Source: a virus
Lineage: Duplodnaviria; Caudoviricetes
DNA length: 64,000 nt
Virus record (IMG/VR): IMGVR_UViG_3300043694_000018
Coordinates: 1-64,000 of that record
Direction: 5' to 3' (one strand)
Shown: positions 15,201 to 22,553 of the stretch, piece by piece
Layout of the letters: the number at the start of each line of letters is the position of its first letter
How positions within the stretch are numbered: the stretch's first letter is position 1
Position numbers and translations under genes: made by a program
Notes under the pieces: generated by a model
What the model saw: the letters and a program-made list of their open reading frames with translations, nothing else
Told to the model about the DNA's origin: nothing
Database searches by the model: none

Positions 15201-17783
15201 GATGCGATGTCGCCGCGCGTGCGGCACACCTATCTGGAGAAGGCCGAGGCCAACCTGCCGAAGTCGTGGGACGAGCTTGGCGACGAACAGCAGGAGCAGG
15301 CGAAGGCGCGCTACGTGCGCAACAACCTGAAGCGTGCGGTCAACGAGGAGACATCGTACTGGCGCGAGCAGGGCGGCAACCTCGATGACGCCAAGCACAA
15401 GCTGGTGGGCGAGTTCAACGAGTACGATTCGACCATGCCGGAGTGGTTCGAGGAGGCGATGTCGGATGTCAACGAGCATCGGCTCCACACCGATCCACCG
15501 CATCCGCCGATCCCGTACACCAACGAGCAACTGTGGAAGGCGATCTCGCTCAGCTACGAGGGCGACGGTGCTGGCGGTGGCCCGCTCCGCGTCGAGTTCC
15601 TTGACGAGAACCTGCGCCATCCGAAGGACTACGATTCCAAGCAGCAGACGCTACCCGGCATCGAGCCCGAAGACCCGTCGAAGCGACTGACGCAGGAGAT
15701 GCGCGACGCGCTGGAGGTGCAGATCACCGACGCCTTCGACGCGCAGGCCGACAAGGATCAATACTCGGTGGAGCCCGACTACAACATGCTGGAGGAGAAC
15801 GCAGCGGAGCGGGTCAACATCGAGTGGGACGACCTCAATGATGACCAGAAGTTCGCGATGTTCCAAGGCCGCAAGCAGAAGCTCGGCATGCAGACCGAGA
15901 TGCGCGGCAAGACCGAGTGGCGCTATGTGCCGTTCACCGCCAAGGCGTGGAACCCCGGCGACCTGCCAGAGGGCGAATCGTACAGCGTCGAGACCGCCGT
16001 CGACCCGGATGCCCACGACATCGAGGACGTGATGCGGCACAGCCAGCGCGGCGTGATCCGGCTGGCGCGCATGAACGACGGCAAGACATACGTGTGGGAC
16101 GCCACGACCGTCACGCATCCCGAGATGATTCCCGAGCTTGGCTACAGCTACCCGGAGGACGTTGACGACACCGAGGTCGCGTGGGGCATGAGCGGCGTGC
16201 GCTACCTGCTGAACAACTGGGCACGCCACGACAGCCAGAGCCCGCGCATCGCCGCCGACGCGGTGTACCTGAAGTGGAACGACTCGATCATCCCGCCGCC
16301 GGGCTATCGCTTCCAGAGTTGGGTAGCGCGCGCCGACGCCTTCAACCCCAACGAACCGCGCGATCCGCAGGGGCGCTGGACCGAGGGCGGTGGCACGCTC
16401 TACCACGTCACGCACAGCCGCTACGGTGGCAGCATCAAGAAGAAGGGCATCGTGCCGTTGGGCGGCGAGGGCTCGAACTGGGTGAAGGGCACGGAGGAAG
16501 GCGAGCGCTACGGCGCTGGCGAGGTCTACGCCTTCGAGCACAAGGACGACGCGATTCGCTGGGCCGCGAAGATGGACTGGTCGTTCAACAAGGGCGACAG
16601 CGGCAAGGGCAAGATCAGCATCGTCCACATCAAGGGCCAGCAGGGCGACAAGTGGCTGGTCGATGAGTCTGATCCGCTCAGTCAGGCGACGGCCAAGGGC
16701 AAGTGGCTGAAGCGGCTCGACCCGGTCGACCGCAAGCGCATCGCCAAGGTCGAGCCTGTCACCAACGACATGGTGCGCGACATGCTCGCGCGCGAGCGCG
16801 CCGAGACACCGAAGGCGAAGGAAGCGCCCGGTTGGAGCTTCCCTGATGACGAGAACAAGTTCTGGAACGCCATACCGGGGATACTGAGCGGGCACGTCCA
16901 CAGCGAAGGGCCGTGGTTCGTCGCCGAAGGCGAGGGCTACAAGATCAAGTACAGCCGCCTCACCGACAACTGGACCGTCTCCGATCCGAAGAACGACAGC
17001 AACAAGTGGGCTGAGGGCATCGGCGTCTACAACCTGATGCAGTTCCTGAAGGACGACCCGAAGATCGGCAAGAAGGCGCAGGCGTGGATCGACAAGGACA
17101 AGCAGGAGCACGCCGCCACGCTGGCCGAAAAGCTCAAGCACTTCCGCTCGACCGCTGAGGAGATGGGCAAGCGCGCCAACTTCGATACGTCGAAGATCAA
17201 GTTCGGGGAGGTCGCGCCCGACTACGTGCTGAACGGCAGGCACTTCAAGGCGGCCGGTGTCGCCAACCTCGGCAGCGGCGAGATCACGCTCTACCCCGGT
17301 GCGGAGTCGAGCGAGGAGTTCTTCCGGGGCGTGGTGGCGCACGAGATGGAGCACCAAAAGTTCCAGTTCTTCCTCGATGAGCAGAGCCGCGAACTGGAGG
17401 AGATCATCAAGCTGCCCAAGCCCGAGCGGCGGCGCGATGACCCGATGAAGCCGGACGGCACGCTGCGCACACCCGAGCTTCGCGAGAAGTACCCGGCCTA
17501 CTCGGCCTACACCGAGATCATCGGCAAGCACTACGACGAACTGAAGGAGGAGGACGGCGTCACCAAGTACAGCCGCGAATGGTGGCAGGCCTACAACAAC
17601 AAGACGGCCAACATCGAGCAGGCGTGGCACGAGACGATGGCCGAGATCGCCTTCCTGATGCACAAGGACGAGGAGGGCTCGAAGGTCAGTCGCAACTGGA
17701 ACAAGCTGTTCAACACCGTCAATCAAATCTGGAACGACCGCCACACGCAGGGCATGCGCACGTCGGGAGTGCCCGGCCCATGA
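12219..17783 (+). CDS. Giant modular (polyvalent) head-associated protein: 6 leader repeats, GNAT, ART-like, HExxH zincin, 4x unknown domain
   Basis: 1854-aa ORF with strong codon bias; motifs detailed in findings. Confidence 0.85.
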   Translation: MDGLDLAADKLDALIARLDFDPNEPRDSRGQWTTGAGSKKVNYKDATTIGGKMVDFVVNPTMGMIRSMVRHSEIPAQGIRVMRDDSGHVIAWDAFHGIHEQMASALGHADNVIKAERSPHSDDRDIYAEDGKPWIDFISLNAEGKFESAFGEPKDWATPDDGVRADDFDPSEPRDEAGKWTSGGGGKRVNVEDIVKLRDYHGGKEVNVVINPTKAKIAEMVRKVPDPFEAEDAGVRVVRANDGTVYAWDPRDAIHDTMLQALEAQGVDVSKTRQNLKGQDVIYYHPNSGELHSVMSEPEDWYADEPAPKKIANSWTSYKTPSGVDVDVVVNPTPDNIEDLSKENKWNGRVRFVRDTDGNIYAASASKAIHDSIIGALGLSVADKTVSDRQWNQFIYDPKHQKVGDLVKWGWVAADAFDPDEPRDPRGRWTAGQRGFMDEFHAGTEEHPLGMPDRLRYLPQNEGQEQTNLVALHVSPWQDGIHVHSIFAPEPRQGQGTAGLKWLHELADKHNVPLDGFAKAYGEGGMSTARLKKWYAKHGWKVQRSGSMKRLPRGSAADDYDPSEPRDESGKWTGGGGAGKKPEEDRSGPEFHEPEDIQRAFENYTGNDITPMDADYAGTEGGIGFLGPDGTMWNIEGSHAGTSLRLNKDLWDIFEAGYHRIYATPGDMLGIEVNNEKPLTPQQVKFVIDAASHEKFKSLYIEGQGHFFGRTGSDKFEPPEGVNAKNARRYLRQQGMIAADDDVLDAAADRLDALLTRLDWEESQHPRVPEGSSKGGQFTKGAGGAPAEGEKPNELEKLVGEFKSVGEPKGEPTPSQMSIRRVMRRLGEAEEMMKEAREVGNEEMIPRLREEIGKFRKRKRELDKIEHDRERAEQQEKWDDARSYDRTQAAVVFIDEKVQELVNSGEWQKLDDKARMDKRGEFELQFLDKEPPRTKLDYLEQGKLLTLWERADDETKEDAKNIFIQEKMDALYKGQEVQDFDKHEEAKQKASAEFDAMSPRVRHTYLEKAEANLPKSWDELGDEQQEQAKARYVRNNLKRAVNEETSYWREQGGNLDDAKHKLVGEFNEYDSTMPEWFEEAMSDVNEHRLHTDPPHPPIPYTNEQLWKAISLSYEGDGAGGGPLRVEFLDENLRHPKDYDSKQQTLPGIEPEDPSKRLTQEMRDALEVQITDAFDAQADKDQYSVEPDYNMLEENAAERVNIEWDDLNDDQKFAMFQGRKQKLGMQTEMRGKTEWRYVPFTAKAWNPGDLPEGESYSVETAVDPDAHDIEDVMRHSQRGVIRLARMNDGKTYVWDATTVTHPEMIPELGYSYPEDVDDTEVAWGMSGVRYLLNNWARHDSQSPRIAADAVYLKWNDSIIPPPGYRFQSWVARADAFNPNEPRDPQGRWTEGGGTLYHVTHSRYGGSIKKKGIVPLGGEGSNWVKGTEEGERYGAGEVYAFEHKDDAIRWAAKMDWSFNKGDSGKGKISIVHIKGQQGDKWLVDESDPLSQATAKGKWLKRLDPVDRKRIAKVEPVTNDMVRDMLARERAETPKAKEAPGWSFPDDENKFWNAIPGILSGHVHSEGPWFVAEGEGYKIKYSRLTDNWTVSDPKNDSNKWAEGIGVYNLMQFLKDDPKIGKKAQAWIDKDKQEHAATLAEKLKHFRSTAEEMGKRANFDTSKIKFGEVAPDYVLNGRHFKAAGVANLGSGEITLYPGAESSEEFFRGVVAHEMEHQKFQFFLDEQSRELEEIIKLPKPERRRDDPMKPDGTLRTPELREKYPAYSAYTEIIGKHYDELKEEDGVTKYSREWWQAYNNKTANIEQAWHETMAEIAFLMHKDEEGSKVSRNWNKLFNTVNQIWNDRHTQGMRTSGVPGP
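15126..15141. promoter_or_regulatory. Palindromic site GCCCT-CTATAA-AGGGC (intragenic)
   Basis: Perfect match to genome-wide motif. Confidence 0.65.
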
Positions 17784-19954
17784 TCGAGCGCGTGATGCTC
17801 AACAACAAGATGGGCACCGTGGTCTACCTCAACGCCGCGATGCTGCCGACCGACAAGGACAAGGCGAAGGCCATCAAGGTCCACTTCGATGACGGCACGA
17901 TCACCTTCGCCACGCTCCAGCCAGACACCGTGCCGACGCCGAAGCGCTGGGTGAACCCGAACACGCCGTCGCCCTATGGCATGAGCGGGCGGCTCGACTG
18001 GGACGAGTCACAGCACCCGCGCGGCCAGCCAGCGAACAAGGGCCAGTTCGTCACTCGGGGCGGCGCGGCGATGGGCATGACCATCGGCAAGGCGGGCGAG
18101 GGACTGTACACGGCGCAGATCGACGGCAAGTACGCAGGGCACGCCCAGCTTGCCAGCGAGGGCCATCCGTTCGTGTCGGCGCTGCACGTGCCCGAGGAGC
18201 ACAGCGGCAAGGGCGTCGGCCACGCGCTGTACGATCACATCGAGAAGCAGACGGGCAAGTCGATGGTGCCCAATCCGCTGCATCTCACCGAGCAGCACGC
18301 GGAGATTTGGAAGAAGCGGCTGAGTGATATGGGCGCGGCCGAGGCCAAGCGGCGGCTCACCGAGGCGCGCACCATCGGCTACAAGAACTTCGGCCAGAAG
18401 TACACGACGACGGACAAGCTGCACATGCCGCTGCGGGAGGTCGCGGGCAAGGCGCAGCATCCGGGCGAGGGTTACAGCGAGAACGCCTTCGTGGACGGCA
18501 AGGGCCGCATCCACACCAACAACATCTACGACGCCACGCGCGCGCTGTACGAGAAGCGCGATGTCGTGCTGGCGCAGCCGCGCGAGGTGTCGACGCTGCT
18601 CGATCACCTCCAGAAGGTCTCGGCCGAGTTCATCCGGCTGGGCAGCAAGGCTCCGGTGTTCGACCTGTGCAAGGTCAGCGTCGAGGGCACCAACCTGTTC
18701 TGCGTCGGCTCGATGGGCATCCCGCGCGTGAAGATGCCGCAACTCGACAAGGAGATGACCAAGAAGTTCCTGCACTTCCTGCAAGCCAAGGGCTACGAGG
18801 TCACGGACGAGGAGGAGTTCGCCAGCTACCTGCGCGCGACGCAGAACGAACTGAACGGGGCCAAGGTGGCGGGCATCGCCAACGCGATGCTGACCGGCAA
18901 GTTCGAGGAGGGCCGCAACCCGCGACTGGTGATCAGCCGCGACAACTACATCCTCGACGGGCATCACCGCTGGGCAGCGCTGGTCGGCGTCGATGCGCTG
19001 AACAACCAGTTCGGCGACAAGCTCATGAAGGTGAGCCGGGTCGGCATCGGCATCACCGACCTGTTGCGCGAGGCTGAGGAGTTCGGCGTGCCGACCGGCG
19101 AGGGCGTCGAGGTGATGTCGAAGGAGGAGGCGGCGCAGTCGGGCGGCAAGGCGACTGGCACGCCCAAGACCGGAGCACCAGCGACGAAGCAGCCCGACAA
19201 GCACGGCTACGAGTTCGTGTCGCCCAACGTCAAGGACCTCAAGTTCAAGGACGCCGTGGCGTCGCTCGAAGGCGACCGGCACAAGTACATCACCGCGCTC
19301 AGCGAGCAGGTCGACAAGGAACTGGGGCTGAAGGGCACGACCAAGCCGGTGCTCGGCGTCTGGACCGATGGCGCGGAGAACTCGACCATGACGACCTACA
19401 CCAACCCGACGTGGCAGCAACTGGTGGCGTCGGCCTCGATGAAGGGGCATCTGGCGAACCAGAAGCAGGTCCTGATCTTCAACGAGGGCGACATCGATGC
19501 TGGCCACGGCGACGAGGGCTTCCTCGCGTCGTTCCCGGTGAAAGGCGACATGAAGGAGGTGTCGGACTGGCTGGGCCAGAACGGGCTGATCTACCACACG
19601 CTTGAACCGACGAAAGACGGCGCTATCGTCCACGTCTACGGCAGCGATGACGCCACCATGCAGGCCGTGAAGGCCGCAGGAGACCACTATGGCACGACCG
19701 TCCAAGCCGGTGTCGGACGAGGAGCCTTCCTCGGCAGCTTCAAAGAAGGAGCCGACGACGAGCAGCGCGCAGACGCCCGCGCCGTCTATGAGCGAGAGAT
19801 TGAAGGCGCTGGGCTTCAAGGTGCGTCGGCCGTCTGGAAAGGGCTACGTGATCGGTACGGGTGGGCCAACAAAGCAGCCACCGGAAGCCAAGCAGTAGCA
19901 CGTGCTGACGCACGCCCTAGAAACAGGGCATTGCAGTTTGCGGTATCCCCATGA
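17780..19954 (+). CDS. Second modular protein: leader repeat, GNAT-like, ParB/Srx-like domain
   Basis: ATGA overlap; RLDWDESQHPRG...GQF; VPEEHSGKGVGHALY (GNAT motif A); ISRDNYILDGHHRWAA (ParB/Srx-like). Confidence 0.8.
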   Translation: MIERVMLNNKMGTVVYLNAAMLPTDKDKAKAIKVHFDDGTITFATLQPDTVPTPKRWVNPNTPSPYGMSGRLDWDESQHPRGQPANKGQFVTRGGAAMGMTIGKAGEGLYTAQIDGKYAGHAQLASEGHPFVSALHVPEEHSGKGVGHALYDHIEKQTGKSMVPNPLHLTEQHAEIWKKRLSDMGAAEAKRRLTEARTIGYKNFGQKYTTTDKLHMPLREVAGKAQHPGEGYSENAFVDGKGRIHTNNIYDATRALYEKRDVVLAQPREVSTLLDHLQKVSAEFIRLGSKAPVFDLCKVSVEGTNLFCVGSMGIPRVKMPQLDKEMTKKFLHFLQAKGYEVTDEEEFASYLRATQNELNGAKVAGIANAMLTGKFEEGRNPRLVISRDNYILDGHHRWAALVGVDALNNQFGDKLMKVSRVGIGITDLLREAEEFGVPTGEGVEVMSKEEAAQSGGKATGTPKTGAPATKQPDKHGYEFVSPNVKDLKFKDAVASLEGDRHKYITALSEQVDKELGLKGTTKPVLGVWTDGAENSTMTTYTNPTWQQLVASASMKGHLANQKQVLIFNEGDIDAGHGDEGFLASFPVKGDMKEVSDWLGQNGLIYHTLEPTKDGAIVHVYGSDDATMQAVKAAGDHYGTTVQAGVGRGAFLGSFKEGADDEQRADARAVYEREIEGAGLQGASAVWKGLRDRYGWANKAATGSQAVARADARPRNRALQFAVSP
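19914..19929. promoter_or_regulatory. Palindromic site GCCCT-AGAAAC-AGGGC (upstream of Nudix-DUF2213 start)
   Basis: Perfect match. Confidence 0.65.
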
Positions 19955-21915
19955 TCCGCGCCGCCGGGGTGCTGATCCTGAGCGCGGACGGTCGCGTGCT
20001 GTTCCTCAAGCGCTCGAAGTCGGGGGACATGCCGGGCAAGTGGTGCTTCCCCGGCGGCAAGATCGAGGACGACGAGACGCCCGAAGAAGCTGCCATCCGC
20101 GAACTGGACGAGGAAGCAGGCGTCAGTGCCAAGCCAGAGCACCTGACGTTCTGGACGCGCCGGGTCGCGGCTGACGCAGGCCCGGAGGAGGTCGACTTCA
20201 CCACGTTCATCGTGCGCAACGTGGTCGAGTTCGAGCCGTACCTCGATCAGGAGCACACCGCCTACCTGTGGGCTGAGCCGAACCGCGCCCCGCGCCCGCT
20301 CCACCCCGGTTGCCAGATCAGCGTCGACCGGCTGGACATGGACGAGCTTGACGTGGCGCGCGCGATCAAGGACGGCGACCTTCACGGCCCACAGCAGTAC
20401 GAGAACATCTGGCTGTTCCCGATGCGCATCACCGGGACCGGCATGGCCTTCCGCCACAAGTGGGAGGAGTACGTCTGGCGCGATCCCGCGCTCTATCTCA
20501 ATGACAATTTCTTGCAGCGTTGCAATGGCCTGCCCGTCATCCTCGAACACCCATCAACGTCGGTGCTGACCACCGACGAGTTCAAGGACCGCACAGTCGG
20601 CACGGTCATGCTGCCCTACATTAAGGGCGACGAGGTCTGGGGCATCACGAAAATCTACGACGCGGACGCCGCGCACATCCTGCTCACGGAGCAGTTGAGC
20701 ACGTCACCGGCCGTGGTGTGGCGTGACCCGGACGTGAACGCTGAGAAGGAGATGGAGAACGGCCAGACATACCTGATCGAGGGAAAGCCCAGCCTCCTCG
20801 ATCACCTTGCGATTTGTAAGCAGGGCGTCTGGGACAAAGGCGGGAAACCCGAAGGTATAGACCTAGGAGGTCTGATCATGCCAGAGAACAGCAAGATCGC
20901 CGCCGACGACACCAGCAAGGGCGGCAGTGGAATCGAGCGCCTGCTCAAGGGGCTCGATGCGATGGCGTTGAAGCTCGACAGCTTCACGTCGCGCATGGAC
21001 TCGGTCGAGGCGCAGGTCGCGAAGGTCCTCAAGTCCCGCAAGGACGACGATGATCGCGCCGACGCAGGTCCGCCGGGCGACGGCAAGCCTGTGCCGCCGA
21101 TGCCGGGTCCGGGCGCACCGCCGGGCGACGGCAAGCCCGCGCCCGTGGCAGCCGACAAGCGCAAGGACGCGGACGGCAAGCCGTTCCCCGGTGCCGCGCC
21201 GCCGATCCAAGGCAAGGGTCCGCCGTCACCGCCGCCTGCCGCCAAGGCCGACGAGGGCGATGGCGACGACAAGGACAAGAAGGACGACCTGCCGCCGTTC
21301 ATGAAGAAGGCGGACGACGAGAAGGAGCCCAACGAGGACCCGACCGCGCAGGGTCGTGGCGACGAGGGCAGCGAGAAGACCCACTTCCCGGCCAAGCCGA
21401 TCACCGGGGCCGACGCGGCCAAGCGTGACGCCGACCTCAACGCGCTCAAGAAGGAGATCGCCGAGCTTCGGCTGCGCATCCCCAAGGATCGCTCAGACGC
21501 CGACGCCGCCCAGATGGCCGAGGATCAGGCACGCTGCGACAGCGTCGCCATGCTGTTCGGCACGTCAGCGCCGCGCCCGCTCGCGGGCGAGACCCGGCCA
21601 GCGTACCGGCTGCGCATCTTGGAGCCGTTCAAGAAGCACAGCCCGCAGTGGCAGAATGTCGACGTTCAGGTCGTCGCCGTCGATGAGGCCGCGCTCAACG
21701 TGGTCGAGCATCAAATCTACGAGGCGGCACGGATCGCCGCTCGTGATCCCGCCAGCGTCCCGGTCGGCACGCTGCGGGCCGTCACCATGCGCACGCCCAC
21801 AGGCCACATCGAGACGAAGTTCATGGGGTCGCCGAGCGCGTGGCTCAATCGTCATGCGGGCAACTCGCGGGCCTTCGTGACGGCGCTCAACCTCAAGTCG
21901 CCGACTGCAAACTGA
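19951..21915 (+). CDS. Nudix hydrolase fused to DUF2213-type prohead protease/scaffold
   Basis: Nudix box FPGGKIEDDETPEEAAIRELDEEAG; R.G.......R....L....L....NG.PV..EHP, DHLAIC..G (DUF2213); acidic/Pro-rich scaffold-like tail. Confidence 0.82.
   Translation: MIRAAGVLILSADGRVLFLKRSKSGDMPGKWCFPGGKIEDDETPEEAAIRELDEEAGVSAKPEHLTFWTRRVAADAGPEEVDFTTFIVRNVVEFEPYLDQEHTAYLWAEPNRAPRPLHPGCQISVDRLDMDELDVARAIKDGDLHGPQQYENIWLFPMRITGTGMAFRHKWEEYVWRDPALYLNDNFLQRCNGLPVILEHPSTSVLTTDEFKDRTVGTVMLPYIKGDEVWGITKIYDADAAHILLTEQLSTSPAVVWRDPDVNAEKEMENGQTYLIEGKPSLLDHLAICKQGVWDKGGKPEGIDLGGLIMPENSKIAADDTSKGGSGIERLLKGLDAMALKLDSFTSRMDSVEAQVAKVLKSRKDDDDRADAGPPGDGKPVPPMPGPGAPPGDGKPAPVAADKRKDADGKPFPGAAPPIQGKGPPSPPPAAKADEGDGDDKDKKDDLPPFMKKADDEKEPNEDPTAQGRGDEGSEKTHFPAKPITGADAAKRDADLNALKKEIAELRLRIPKDRSDADAAQMAEDQARCDSVAMLFGTSAPRPLAGETRPAYRLRILEPFKKHSPQWQNVDVQVVAVDEAALNVVEHQIYEAARIAARDPASVPVGTLRAVTMRTPTGHIETKFMGSPSAWLNRHAGNSRAFVTALNLKSPTAN
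20613..20628. promoter_or_regulatory. Palindromic site GCCCT-ACATTA-AGGGC (intragenic)
   Basis: Perfect match. Confidence 0.6.
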
Positions 21916-21925
21916 GAGGTCCACC

Positions 21926-22540
21926 ATGGCCATCGGCATCACTCCTCAAGTCACCAAGACGGCACTGGGCACCTTCGGTGTGCAGTGGGACGGGCTCGTG
22001 CAGGGCACCGCCATGCCGTCACCCAACGCGGTCTTCAACCTCGCTGGCGGCTGGGTCGCCAGCACCGAGACCGATCCGATGTACGGCGGGATCGCCATCA
22101 CCGAAGGCATCCCGACCGCACCCGGCTCGCCACCGGCCACCCCAGCGATGGAACTGGGCGGCCCGCTCACGCGCGCGAGCGGCTATCCCAACCTCACGGG
22201 CTTCACCGTGTTCGATCAGGACTACGCGGCGATCAACTCGCCGCAGTCCGAAGTGCAGTTGGCGGACGTGTACATGCAGATGAACTTCTACCGCCTCGGC
22301 TCGGGCCAGCGCATCGTCGTGGCCTGCGATCCGGCGCTCATCACCCTGTACGGTCAGCCGATCACGCAACAGGTGTCGTGGGACTTCTCGGCCCAGCGCC
22401 TCGTGGCGTTCTCGACCACCGCTCTCGCCTGCAAAGTCCTCAAGATGATGCCTGCGGGGTGCATGACCGTCACCTACACCAGCGGCACCAAGACCGCCGC
22501 ATGGAATCGCAACGGCGCAGCCGCTGTGATCCTGATCTGA
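21926..22540 (+). CDS. Capsid decoration/cement-type structural protein
   Basis: Located between protease and major capsid protein; GAGG RBS. Confidence 0.65.
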   Translation: MAIGITPQVTKTALGTFGVQWDGLVQGTAMPSPNAVFNLAGGWVASTETDPMYGGIAITEGIPTAPGSPPATPAMELGGPLTRASGYPNLTGFTVFDQDYAAINSPQSEVQLADVYMQMNFYRLGSGQRIVVACDPALITLYGQPITQQVSWDFSAQRLVAFSTTALACKVLKMMPAGCMTVTYTSGTKTAAWNRNGAAAVILI

Positions 22541-22553
22541 AGGGAGATAGACC

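Noticed and set aside
15651-17744. Long antisense ORFs (also 8595-10022, 18008-19819, 29937-32111, 36325-37926, 40262-41911, 54457-55668, 61216-62514)
   Set aside because: Shadows of strongly GC3-biased genes on the opposite strand; no RBS or motifs.
17579-17779. Upstream extensions of several ORF-track starts (e.g. 17579, 32766, 34537, 44638, 55752)
   Set aside because: They overlap upstream genes; downstream ATG/GTG codons with an RBS or stop-start coupling are more plausible.
18700-19090. ParABS partition system
   Set aside because: ParB-like domain lacks an HTH/dimerisation region and no ParA is present in the window.
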